Assembly: GCA_044450765.1 (NCBI GenBank)
Contig: JBIOJK010000002.1
Span: forward strand, 4,281-68,280
Direction: 5' to 3'
DNA length: 64,000 nt
Source: Myxococcota bacterium
GTDB taxonomy: Bacteria; Myxococcota_A; UBA9160; SZUA-336
In this document: positions 11,828 to 20,458 of the stretch, in pieces
Layout of the letters: every line of letters starts with the position of its first letter
How positions within the stretch are numbered: position 1 is the stretch's first letter
Position numbers and translations under genes: made by a program
The notes under the pieces: model-generated
Told to the model about the DNA's origin: nothing
Seen by the model: only the letters and a program-made list of their open reading frames with translations
The model's database searches: none

Positions 11828-12279
11828 CGAGCGAGGCGGCGGGTGGCGCGGGTCGAGCCTTCGGCCCGTGGTACCGGCGCCAGCGCGAGCTCCGCGGCAT
11901 CTCGCTGTTCTACGTCGCTGCGCGCACCAAGCTGTCTCCGGAACGCGTGCGCGAGATCGAGGAGGCGAGCGCCTCGCTCGAGACCGACGGGATCGGCCGT
12001 GCGACCGCGCGCGCGCTGGCGCATGCGATCGGCGCCGACCCCGACGAGGCCGCCGCGCAGCTCGGGGTCGCGCAGCGCCCGCAGCTGCGGCGGCGACCGC
12101 GCTTCCCGCTGCTGCGGCTCGCCGTGCTCGGGGTCGGGCGCACCGCGGGGCTCGTGCTCGCGCTCGCGCTGGCGCTCTGGCTGCTCGGGCTCTGGCTCTC
12201 GAGTCCCCCGTCGAACGCCTCGGGACCCGCCCGGGTCTACAAGCCGGACTACGTCGACCAGCTGCTCCGCCGCGAGTAG
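11785..12279 (+). CDS. Membrane-anchored helix-turn-helix protein (short RodZ-like)
   Basis: XRE-type HTH (LRGISLFYVAARTKLSPERVREIE) followed by one TM helix. Start uncertain: GTG 11785 is the first canonical start and overlaps the TPR gene by 43 nt. Confidence 0.6.
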   Translation: MGAEVQRLSEGAAVASEAAGGAGRAFGPWYRRQRELRGISLFYVAARTKLSPERVREIEEASASLETDGIGRATARALAHAIGADPDEAAAQLGVAQRPQLRRRPRFPLLRLAVLGVGRTAGLVLALALALWLLGLWLSSPPSNASGPARVYKPDYVDQLLRRE

Positions 12280-12288
12280 CCTAGCGGC

Positions 12289-13152
12289 ATGCCGGTCGAG
12301 CATCGGACGCGCGCGATCGTCTTGCGCACGTTCGACCAAGGCGAGTCGGATCGCGTCGTTCACCTCTACACGGAGGTCCTGGGACGGATCGCCGCGATCG
12401 CGAAGGGCGCGCGGCGCTCGAAGCGGCGCTTCCCGGGCACGCTCGAAATTCTCTCGATCGCCGACGTGCGGCTCGTCGATCCGCCGCGCGCCTCGCTCGC
12501 GCGCCTCGAGGGCGCGAAGCTGCTGCGCGCCTTCGAAGGAATCCCGGCGCAGCTCGGGCGCTACGCGATCGCGTGTCAGTTCCTCGAGCTGTTGAACCGC
12601 GCGACCCCGGACCGGCAGGCGCAGCCCGAGCTCTTCCACTTCGCAGTCGGCGTGCTCGACGTGCTCGACACGGAGACACCCGACGAGCTGCTCGCACTGC
12701 TCGTGCTCGCGAAGACCCTGGCGCGCATCGGCTACCGGCCGCAGCTGGTGCGCTGTGCGCTGTGCGGCGCCGATCTGCCCGCCGACGCGGGCCGAGTCGG
12801 CTTCGTTCCCGCGCACGGCGGGGCGGTGTGTCGCGCGTGCGCCGGGGTCGAGGAAGCGCGCATCCCGGCGCGGCTGCTGCGCGCGCTGGAGTGGGGGCTG
12901 CGCCAGCCGCTCCGAGCGCGGGGCGAGCTCGCTCTGTCCGGGCGCGAGGTCGAGCTCGCAGCGCGCCTGATCGAGCGCTTCTTCCGGTTCCACATCGGCT
13001 TCGAGCTGCGCTCCGAGGCGTTTCTCCGGCAGGTCTTTGCCGACGGCAACGCGCGCGCAGATTCGGTTGACGGAGACTCGGACCGCGAGGATACTGCGCC
13101 CCCGTCCGACCCCCAGGCAGCGACGGCGCGCCTCGAACCCCCGCGCCTCTGA
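12289..13152 (+). CDS. recO: DNA repair protein RecO
   Basis: N-terminal OB fold (AIVLRTFDQGESDRVVHLYT), Zn finger CALCG...CRAC. About 40 aa of extra acidic C-terminal tail. Confidence 0.9.
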   Translation: MPVEHRTRAIVLRTFDQGESDRVVHLYTEVLGRIAAIAKGARRSKRRFPGTLEILSIADVRLVDPPRASLARLEGAKLLRAFEGIPAQLGRYAIACQFLELLNRATPDRQAQPELFHFAVGVLDVLDTETPDELLALLVLAKTLARIGYRPQLVRCALCGADLPADAGRVGFVPAHGGAVCRACAGVEEARIPARLLRALEWGLRQPLRARGELALSGREVELAARLIERFFRFHIGFELRSEAFLRQVFADGNARADSVDGDSDREDTAPPSDPQAATARLEPPRL

Positions 13153-13187
13153 ATCGCGCTCTACACTCGAGTCAGGAGGCCACGAGC

Positions 13188-15905
13188 TTGGCCAAGCGAG
13201 TTGCCAAGACGCCCGTGAAGCGCGCGCGCACCAGTCAGGCGCGGCCCAAGCGCCGCGCCAATTCCTTTGGCGCGGGGCGCGCCGACGGCGATGCCAAGCA
13301 GAAGAACCTGCTCGGGGGGAAGGGCGCGAACCTCGCCGAGATGACTCGCCTCGGCGTGCCCGTGCCCGCCGGCTTCACGATCTCGACCGAGGTCTGCGCG
13401 GAGTTCTACGCGCACGGCCGCAAGCTGCCGCCCGGTCTCGACGCCGAGCTACGCACGCAGCTCGCGAAGGTCGAGCGCGCCATGGGCGGCTCGTTCGGCG
13501 CGCGCGAGCAGCCGCTGCTCGTGTCCGTGCGCTCGGGCGCTCGCGCCTCGATGCCGGGGATGATGGACACGGTCCTGAACCTCGGGCTCAACGACGAGAC
13601 CGTCGAAGGTCTGATCGAGGAGAGCGGCGACCGGCGCTTCGCCTACGACACGTACCGCCGCTTCATTCACATGTACGGCGACGTCGTGCTGGGCGTGAAG
13701 CACGAGCTGTTCGAGAAGCGCCTCGACGAGCTGAAGCACGCGCGCCGCGTGCGCCTCGACACGGAGCTCAGCGCCGGCGACCTCGCGCAGCTCGTCCTGG
13801 CCTACAAGCGCGTGGTGCGCGAGACGACCGGCGCCGATTTCCCGAGTGACCCGTTCGCGCAGCTCCGCGGCGCGATCGCCGCGGTGTTTCTCTCCTGGAA
13901 CACGCCGCGCGCCGAGACCTACCGCCGGCTGAACGGGATTCCGTCGGAGTGGGGCACCGCCGTCAACATCCAGGCCATGGTCTACGGGAATCTCGGCGAT
14001 GACTCCGCCACGGGCGTCGCGTTCACGCGCGACCCGTCGACCGGCGAGCGGCGCTTCTTCGGCGAGTTCCTGCCGCGCGCGCAGGGTGAGGACGTGGTCG
14101 CGGGCATCCGCACGCCGCAGTCGATCACCAAGCGCGACCGCGGCGGCAGCGGGCTGCCGTCGCTGGAAGAGCTGATGCCGCGCTGCTTCCGCGAGCTGTT
14201 GCGCACCGCGACCCTGCTCGAGAAGCACTACGCGGACATGCAGGACCTCGAGTTCACGATCCAGCGCGGCCGCCTCTGGATGCTGCAGACGCGCAATGGG
14301 AAGCGCACCGCGGGCGCGGCCGTGAAGATCGCGGTCGACATGGCGCGCGAGGGCCTGATCGACCGGCGCACCGCGCTGACGCGCGTCGTGCCCGAGTCAC
14401 TCGACCAGCTTCTGCACCCGACCTTGGACGCGAAGGCGGCGCCGCCGCCGATCGGCCAGGGCCTGCCCGCGTCGCCGGGCGCCGCCTGCGGCCGCGTGGT
14501 CTTCACCGCCGAGGACGCCGAGGCCGCGGCCGAGTCGAACGAGAAGGTCGTGCTGGTGCGGCGCGAGACCTCGCCCGAGGACATCCACGGCATGCACGCC
14601 GCGCAGGGCATCCTGACGGCGCTCGGCGGCATGACGTCGCACGCGGCGGTCGTCGCGCGCGGCATGGGCAAGTGCTGCGTCGCGGGCTGCAGCGCGCTCT
14701 CGATCGACTTCGATCGCCGCCGAGCGACACTCGGCGGTGTAGAGCTGACGGAGCGCGACGTGATCACGCTCGACGGCTCCACCGGGCATGTGTTCAAGGG
14801 GCGCGTCCCGACGGTCGAGCCCGAGCTCTCGAAGGACTTCCAGACGCTGATGAAGTGGGCCGACTCTGTGCGCCGGCTGCGGGTGCGAGCGAACGCAGAC
14901 ACGCCGCAGGACGCCGCGGTCGCGGTGCGCTTCGGCGCCGAGGGCGTCGGTCTGTGCCGCACCGAGCACATGTTCTTCCAGGCGGAGAGGATTCTGGCCG
15001 TGCGCCGGATGATCCTCTCCGAGAACGCCGAGGAGCGCGCGGCCGCGCTCGTGCCGATCCTGCCGATGCAGCGCGAGGACTTCGTCGGGATCTTCCGCGA
15101 AATGGCGGCCCGGCCCGTCACGATCCGCTTGCTCGATCCGCCGCTCCACGAGTTCCTGCCGCACACGGGCGAGGAGATGTCGAACTTGGCGCGCGACCTG
15201 GGCGTGCCCGAGCTCGAGCTGCGCCGCAAGGTCGAGGGCCTGCGCGAGCTCAACCCGATGCTCGGTCACCGCGGGTCACGGCTGGCAGTGACCTACCCCG
15301 AAATTTACGAGATGCAGGTGCGCGCGATCATCGAGGCCGCCTGTGTCTGCGCCGACAAGGGCCTGCGCACGCATCCGGAGATCATGCTCCCGCTGGTCGC
15401 CGGCGCGCGCGAGCTCGCGCTGCTGCGCGACCTGGTCGACCGCACCGCGCGGGCCGTGATGAAAGAGCGCGGCAAGAACGTCCGGTACCACGTGGGGACG
15501 ATGATCGAGGTACCGCGCGCGGCGCTCGTCGCCGACCGACTCGCCGCGATCGCGGAATTCTTCTCGTTCGGCACGAACGATCTGACGCAGATGACCCTGG
15601 CGCTCTCGCGCGACGACTCGGGCCGCTTCCTGCCGACTTACGTTCAGCGGGGACTCATGGACGACGATCCGTTCGTCACGATCGACACGGGCGGAGTCGG
15701 CGCATTGATCCGGTTGGGCATCCAGAACGGTCGCAGGGCCCGGCGCGACTTGAAGGTCGGCATCTGCGGCGAGCACGGAGGCGAGACGCGCTCGATCGCG
15801 TTCTGCCACGAGGTCGGAATGGACTACGTGAGCTGCTCGCCCTACCGAGTTCCGATCGCGAGGCTCGCGGCTGCCCAAGCGGCGGTCGCGAGGCCCGGCG
15901 GATGA
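13188..15905 (+). CDS. ppdK: Pyruvate, phosphate dikinase
   Basis: LLGGKGANLAEM, GGMTSHAAVVARGMG (phosphohistidine), CGEHGG. TTG start 8 nt after AGGAGG. Basic N-terminal extension of about 20 aa. Confidence 0.95.
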   Translation: MAKRVAKTPVKRARTSQARPKRRANSFGAGRADGDAKQKNLLGGKGANLAEMTRLGVPVPAGFTISTEVCAEFYAHGRKLPPGLDAELRTQLAKVERAMGGSFGAREQPLLVSVRSGARASMPGMMDTVLNLGLNDETVEGLIEESGDRRFAYDTYRRFIHMYGDVVLGVKHELFEKRLDELKHARRVRLDTELSAGDLAQLVLAYKRVVRETTGADFPSDPFAQLRGAIAAVFLSWNTPRAETYRRLNGIPSEWGTAVNIQAMVYGNLGDDSATGVAFTRDPSTGERRFFGEFLPRAQGEDVVAGIRTPQSITKRDRGGSGLPSLEELMPRCFRELLRTATLLEKHYADMQDLEFTIQRGRLWMLQTRNGKRTAGAAVKIAVDMAREGLIDRRTALTRVVPESLDQLLHPTLDAKAAPPPIGQGLPASPGAACGRVVFTAEDAEAAAESNEKVVLVRRETSPEDIHGMHAAQGILTALGGMTSHAAVVARGMGKCCVAGCSALSIDFDRRRATLGGVELTERDVITLDGSTGHVFKGRVPTVEPELSKDFQTLMKWADSVRRLRVRANADTPQDAAVAVRFGAEGVGLCRTEHMFFQAERILAVRRMILSENAEERAAALVPILPMQREDFVGIFREMAARPVTIRLLDPPLHEFLPHTGEEMSNLARDLGVPELELRRKVEGLRELNPMLGHRGSRLAVTYPEIYEMQVRAIIEAACVCADKGLRTHPEIMLPLVAGARELALLRDLVDRTARAVMKERGKNVRYHVGTMIEVPRAALVADRLAAIAEFFSFGTNDLTQMTLALSRDDSGRFLPTYVQRGLMDDDPFVTIDTGGVGALIRLGIQNGRRARRDLKVGICGEHGGETRSIAFCHEVGMDYVSCSPYRVPIARLAAAQAAVARPGG

Positions 15906-16366
15906 GGGCGGGCCCCGGGCGCCTGCTCCCCGCTCTGGTGCTCTGCGCGGCGTGCTTTGGTGGATCGGCGCCGGTCGCGGCGCCGCCGCCGCTCCCCGAC
16001 GAGGAGGTCGCGGCGTTCTCGGTGCGCATCGAGGGCTTCTATCACCAGCTCGAGGACGTTCCTCTCGACGCGCTCGTGACCTACCAGAACCGCCAGCTGC
16101 GCGACTGCTTCGAGACGCCGGGCGCCTTCTCCGACTACTTCTCGGCGCTCGCGACGGCCGCGCGAGATGCTTACTTCCGCGACAAGACGGCGCGCAGCGT
16201 CCAGATCCGCCAGTTTCAGTTCGCGGGGCCCGAGGAGGCGACCGTCGAGGTCTACTTCAAGAGCGTCCACGAGCGGGTGCTGCGCTTCTGGAGCATCGGC
16301 TTCGAGCGCGCCGACCACTGGAAGCGCACCGACGGTGTCTGGCGCATCGTGCCCGAGAAGCTCTGA
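15902..16366 (+). CDS. Hypothetical lipoprotein
   Basis: ATGA overlap with the ppdK stop. Lipobox LVLCAAC. No family recognised. Confidence 0.6.
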   Translation: MRAGPGRLLPALVLCAACFGGSAPVAAPPPLPDEEVAAFSVRIEGFYHQLEDVPLDALVTYQNRQLRDCFETPGAFSDYFSALATAARDAYFRDKTARSVQIRQFQFAGPEEATVEVYFKSVHERVLRFWSIGFERADHWKRTDGVWRIVPEKL

Positions 16367-16524
16367 GCCCTCCGAGTTCGTGTCGCCGTGTGAAGTCTTT
16401 TTCCCTTTGGTGGGTAGCGCGCTTCTCACATCCCCTGCCGGCGGCTTCGCCTGCGGACCGAAAGAGCCCTGGCAAAACTGAGCGATCTCCGCGGACTGGC
16501 ACGGGAATCATTCAGTGGCGCGCT

Positions 16525-16540
16525 TGGCATGTGGCTTGCT
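16525..16540 (+). promoter_or_regulatory. Sigma-54 (-24/-12)-like element overlapping the annotated ATG of the ECF sigma gene
   Basis: TGGCAT-GTGGC-TTGCT fits TGGCAC-N5-TTGCW. Confidence 0.3.
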
Positions 16541-17107
16541 CAACCCCAGCGCGTGAAAGAAGCCGACCGGAGCATCGTCGAGGCCATCCGAGGGGGTGAC
16601 CCCGCTGCATTCCGCTCGCTCTACCAGCTCCACTTCCGGCGCATTCACAACTTCGCCGTGCGGCGCCTCGGCGACCCGGCCGAAGCCGAGGACGTCTGCC
16701 AGGAGGTCTTCGAGGCAGTCTTCAACTGCCTCGACCGCTTCGAGGGGAAGTCCGACCTCGTCGTGTGGATCTACGGGATCACGCGCAACATCTTGAACAA
16801 CCGCCTGCGCCGGCGAGGCGGGATTCGCCTGATCTCCCTGGACGACATTCCCCCCGAGGCAGCGCCGCTCGACCTGGGTCCGGAGCCGCTGGCGCAGGCG
16901 CGCCAGGCCCTCGGCCGCGTGCGAGAAGCCATCGAACGGCTCCCGGGCGAGCAGCGGAAGATCCTGGAGCTCCGGCACGGGAAGCGGCTCAACATCCGCA
17001 AGATCGCGCAGCTGACCGGCCGCAGCGAGGACGCGGTGAAATCCAGCCTCTACCGCGCCCGCCGCACCCTGGCCGCGCAGCTCCCCGGAGAGCGCCTCTC
17101 GCTCTAG
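16529..17107 (+). CDS. ECF-type RNA polymerase sigma-70 family factor
   Basis: Region 2 (DPAEAEDVCQEVF, VWIYGITRN) and region 4 (LPGEQRKILELRHGKRLNIRKIAQLTGRSEDAVKSSLYRAR). Alternative in-frame GTG start at 16553. Confidence 0.9.
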   Translation: MWLAQPQRVKEADRSIVEAIRGGDPAAFRSLYQLHFRRIHNFAVRRLGDPAEAEDVCQEVFEAVFNCLDRFEGKSDLVVWIYGITRNILNNRLRRRGGIRLISLDDIPPEAAPLDLGPEPLAQARQALGRVREAIERLPGEQRKILELRHGKRLNIRKIAQLTGRSEDAVKSSLYRARRTLAAQLPGERLSL

Positions 17108-17170
17108 CGCCCGTCCCGCCGCGCCACCAACGCGGCCGCGCCTCCACCTTACTGTCGTAGGGACGCTGGG

Positions 17171-17380
17171 ATGAGCGAGCGGGACACAACGCAACTGCGA
17201 CAGGCGCGCCACGGCGCGAGTTTCTGGGACGGCGTCGAGCGCGAGATCGAAGCGCTCGACTGCGCCGACTTCGCGCTGTTCCTCGGCGCCGACGCGCTCG
17301 CGATCGAGCCGCGCCCCGAGTTCGGACGCGCGCTTGCAAACCGCCTGCAGAGCGTCTGCCGCGCGCGCTGGTCGAACTGA
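17171..17380 (+). CDS. Small hypothetical protein downstream of the ECF sigma (possible cognate regulator)
   Basis: 69-aa ORF in the position usually taken by an anti-sigma factor. No TM segment and no HxxxCxxC motif seen. Confidence 0.4.
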   Translation: MSERDTTQLRQARHGASFWDGVEREIEALDCADFALFLGADALAIEPRPEFGRALANRLQSVCRARWSN

Positions 17381-17405
17381 GCCCACGCGGCTACCACTTG
17401 CCCGC

Positions 17406-17975
17406 ATGAGCTTCGTGAAGAAGCGGCTGCGGCCGCGGCTGCTTGCGGTCTACGCGCTGGCTGCGGGGGCGCTCTGGCTGTCGCACCCGTCGCCGGCCTC
17501 GCTCGCGGCCGGTGCGCTGCCGATCGCGCTGGGCGAGGCGCTGCGCTTGTGGGCGACCGGGCACCTGCACAAGAACGACTCACTCACCGTCACCGGCCCC
17601 TACGCATATCTGCGTCACCCGCTCTATCTCGGGACGCTGCTGATCGGCCTCGGCTTCCTGATCATGGCCTGGAGCCCGGTCGCGCTCGCGCTCGCCGCCG
17701 TCTACGGCCTCGGCTACTTCGGCTACTACATGCCGTACAAGGACCGGATCGAGAGCGCTCGCCTCGAGAGTCTCTACGGGGACGCGTATCGGCGCTACTC
17801 GGCCGCGGTGCCGCGGCTCGTCCCTCGGCTGCACGCCTACGCGCCGCTCGCCGCCGAGCGCCCGCGCGAGTCGAGCTGGCGCGGGGGGCGCTTCGCGGAC
17901 AACAACGAGACTGGCACGGCCGCCGCGGTCGTCGTCGGTGTGCTGTGCATGGTGGCGCGCTGGAGCCTCTCCTAG
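17406..17975 (+). CDS. ICMT/PEMT-family membrane methyltransferase
   Basis: Multi-TM protein with TGPYAYLRHPLYLG, characteristic of the isoprenylcysteine carboxyl / phospholipid methyltransferase family. Confidence 0.75.
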   Translation: MSFVKKRLRPRLLAVYALAAGALWLSHPSPASLAAGALPIALGEALRLWATGHLHKNDSLTVTGPYAYLRHPLYLGTLLIGLGFLIMAWSPVALALAAVYGLGYFGYYMPYKDRIESARLESLYGDAYRRYSAAVPRLVPRLHAYAPLAAERPRESSWRGGRFADNNETGTAAAVVVGVLCMVARWSLS

Positions 17976-18007
17976 CGCGCGGCGATCTCCGCGGTCCGCG
18001 CGTCGCC

Positions 18008-19168
18008 GTGCTGAACGTCGGCGGGCTCGCGAACCCGGACGTGCTCCTGGTGCGCCGCGCGGGCGCCCCGCCCGTGGTCGTGAAGGATTGGAGCCGCCGA
18101 GGGCCGTTCGTGCGCGCGCTTCTCGCGCCGCTCCTGGTGCGCCACGAGCTCGCGATGCTGGAGCGAGTCGCGGGGCTTCCAGGGCTCCCCCAGCCGAGTC
18201 AGCGCATCGATCGGCTCGCGCTGGCGCTCGAGTTCGTCGAAGGCCGGCCGCTGCGCCGCCGCACGCACGGGCGCGCGCTGCCGCAGGCGTTCTTCACGGC
18301 GCTCGAGGGAATCCTCGACGGACTCATGCTGCGCGGCGTCGCGTATCTCGACTTGCGCAGCCCGACGAACGTCCTGGTGACTCCCAGCAGCGCGCCGGCG
18401 CTCGTCGATCTCGGCTCGGCAATCGCGCTGCCGATCCCTCGCTCGCTGCGGCGCGCGTTCGAGCGGCGGGCGCTGGCGAAGCTGCGCTCGCGCTTCGAGG
18501 GCAGTGAGCGAGTCACTTCGCCGACCGCTGCCGGCGTGGTGGGCGCGCGGGACTTGAAGCTCGCAGGCACGCGTTTCCGCGTGCGCGACCGCGGCCGGCC
18601 CGACGATCCGCTGCCGATCCTGCTGCTTCCCGACGCCGGCATCTCGGCGCGCGTCTTCGAGCCGATCGCCGCGCTGGCCGAGGCGCAGGGCCGGCGCGCG
18701 CTCGGGGTCGACCTGCCCGGCTTCGGCGGCTCGCGGCGCAGGGTCTCGAGTCTGCGGCCGCAGCGCCTCGCCGCGCAGCTCGAGGCGCTGCTCGACGCGC
18801 TGCGCATCGCGCGGGTCGACGTCGCCGCCGCGGGCTGGGGCGTGCGGCCGGGCGCGGCGCTCGCCGCGCGAGCGCCGCAGCGCGTTCGCCGATTCGCCGC
18901 CATCGCGGCCTGCGAGGGCGATGGGCAGCTCGATCCCGAACGGCTGCGCGACGCGCTGCGCGCGCGCCTCCCTGGGGATCTGCCGGAGGAGCTGCGCGGC
19001 GCGCTCGCGCGCGAGCTCGCGGGCGCGCCAGCGCGCAATCTCCGCCTCGCGGCGCGCGCGGCGCGCGAGCTGACACCAATCGGCGTAGCCGCGGTCCGCC
19101 GCATCGAGCTGACCTGGCCGCAGGCGCTGGCCGGCGCGCGCCTCTTCGCCGAGCTCGGCGCCGACTAG
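18008..19168 (+). CDS. Fusion protein: minimal protein-kinase-like (Kdo/RIO-like) domain plus degenerate alpha/beta-hydrolase domain
   Basis: N-terminal half has VVVKDW (Lys), HELAMLE (Glu), YLDLRSPTNVLV (catalytic-loop-like) and LVDLGS (DFG-like). C-terminal half aligns to the alpha/beta-hydrolase fold (GVDLPGFGGS) but the nucleophile elbow reads AAAGWGV. Confidence 0.6.
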   Translation: MLNVGGLANPDVLLVRRAGAPPVVVKDWSRRGPFVRALLAPLLVRHELAMLERVAGLPGLPQPSQRIDRLALALEFVEGRPLRRRTHGRALPQAFFTALEGILDGLMLRGVAYLDLRSPTNVLVTPSSAPALVDLGSAIALPIPRSLRRAFERRALAKLRSRFEGSERVTSPTAAGVVGARDLKLAGTRFRVRDRGRPDDPLPILLLPDAGISARVFEPIAALAEAQGRRALGVDLPGFGGSRRRVSSLRPQRLAAQLEALLDALRIARVDVAAAGWGVRPGAALAARAPQRVRRFAAIAACEGDGQLDPERLRDALRARLPGDLPEELRGALARELAGAPARNLRLAARAARELTPIGVAAVRRIELTWPQALAGARLFAELGAD

Positions 19169-19683
19169 GGCGAGGCGAGCAGCGCGTCGTCGGTCGAGTC
19201 GGGGGTCGTGCGCTCGGCGGCTCGCACCTCGATGTCGGGCGCGGTGCGGCCGCGCAGCTGGACGTCGAGCGCCGCGCGCAGCGCGCCGTCGCTGCACTCC
19301 GCGGCGAGCGCGAGCGGGCGTCCGTTCTGCGGTCCCGACCCGTCGGCCCCGGCGCGCGCGAGCGAGACTTCGATCTGGTCGGCGACCGGCGGGTACAGGA
19401 AGCGGAGCGCGACGCTTTGGCCCGGCTCGATCGACCCGCGGTAGACCCACTTGGAGCGCAGCGGCGAGTCGCCGGCGAAGTGACTCCTGCCGATCACGCG
19501 CAGCTCGACCCAGGCGACCGCGTGGCTGCCGCGATTGCGCACGACCGCGCAGGCCTCCGCTTGATCGGGAATCCCGGCGAAGTGAGTGCTGTAGGCGGCG
19601 CGGTAGCGCTCGAGGCGCACCGGCCCAGGCGCGCAGGCAGACAGGCAGAGCGCCGCGCAGAGCGCCGCAAATCGGAATTGCAT
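19165..19683 (-). CDS. Hypothetical lipoprotein
   Basis: Lipobox LCLSAC. The stop overlaps the stop of the convergent gene (CTAG). Confidence 0.6.
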   Translation of the reverse strand: MQFRFAALCAALCLSACAPGPVRLERYRAAYSTHFAGIPDQAEACAVVRNRGSHAVAWVELRVIGRSHFAGDSPLRSKWVYRGSIEPGQSVALRFLYPPVADQIEVSLARAGADGSGPQNGRPLALAAECSDGALRAALDVQLRGRTAPDIEVRAAERTTPDSTDDALLASP

Positions 19684-19770
19684 GGGGGGGACTCCGACGG
19701 TCTCTTCGACGCGGCGCGCGTGGGCCTTTACACTCGCGCGTGTACGCCAGCGGCGCCAGTGTGCGACGAG

Positions 19771-20370
19771 TCAGCGCAGCAGCGCCGCGCGCACGAGCTC
19801 GAGGCGGTCGTTCCCGAAGTACATGTCGTCGCCGTCGACGAACATCGTGGGCGAGCCGAAGCCGCCGCGCGCGATCAGCTCGTCGGTGTTCGCGCGCAGC
19901 CGGTCCTTGTAGCCGGGCTGGCTGATCGCTTCCGAAAATTCGGCGGGCGAGAGCCCGACGCGCTCGACGATGGGCAACAGCACGTCGTCCCGTGAGATGT
20001 CGAGCAGGTCACTCCAATACGCCTCGAACACCGCGCGCGCGTAGCGCGGCAAGGCACCGCGCTCGAGCGCGAAGAAGGCGCCGCGCATCGCCTTCACGCT
20101 GTTCACCGGAAACACCGGCGGCTGTCCGATGCGCAGCCCGTAGTGACGCGTCCAGTCGCGCAGGTCCTTGGCGTAGTAGCGCGCCTTCGCGGGCACCGGC
20201 TTCGCGCGCTGCTCGTACACGCTCGGGTTCACCGCATTGAAGACACCGCCCACCAGGATCGGGCGCCACACCAGCTCGGCCCCGGTCTCGCTGCACAGCG
20301 CCTCGATCTTGTGGAAGGCGAGGTATGTCCAAGGGCTCGAACAGTCGAAGAAAAATTCCAGTCGGGCCAT
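19771..20370 (-). CDS. DsbA-like 2-hydroxychromene-2-carboxylate isomerase family protein
   Basis: [20 protein letters not shown]-terminus, typical of the HCCA isomerase / DsbA-fold family. Internal ATG chosen over the 237-aa ORF. Confidence 0.75.
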   Translation of the reverse strand: MARLEFFFDCSSPWTYLAFHKIEALCSETGAELVWRPILVGGVFNAVNPSVYEQRAKPVPAKARYYAKDLRDWTRHYGLRIGQPPVFPVNSVKAMRGAFFALERGALPRYARAVFEAYWSDLLDISRDDVLLPIVERVGLSPAEFSEAISQPGYKDRLRANTDELIARGGFGSPTMFVDGDDMYFGNDRLELVRAALLR

Positions 20371-20458
20371 GCGCTCCTCCGCCCGAATTCTGTCAGAAAC
20401 GCAGGCGCGCGCGCGCAGGGGAAATCCGGTAGAGTGCCGCGCCGAACGGGGAGGACGC

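Noticed and set aside
16497-16513. A second TGGCAC hexamer upstream of the ECF sigma gene, considered as a sigma-54 promoter.
   Set aside because: The -12 position reads TCAT rather than TTGC, so the GC dinucleotide is missing.
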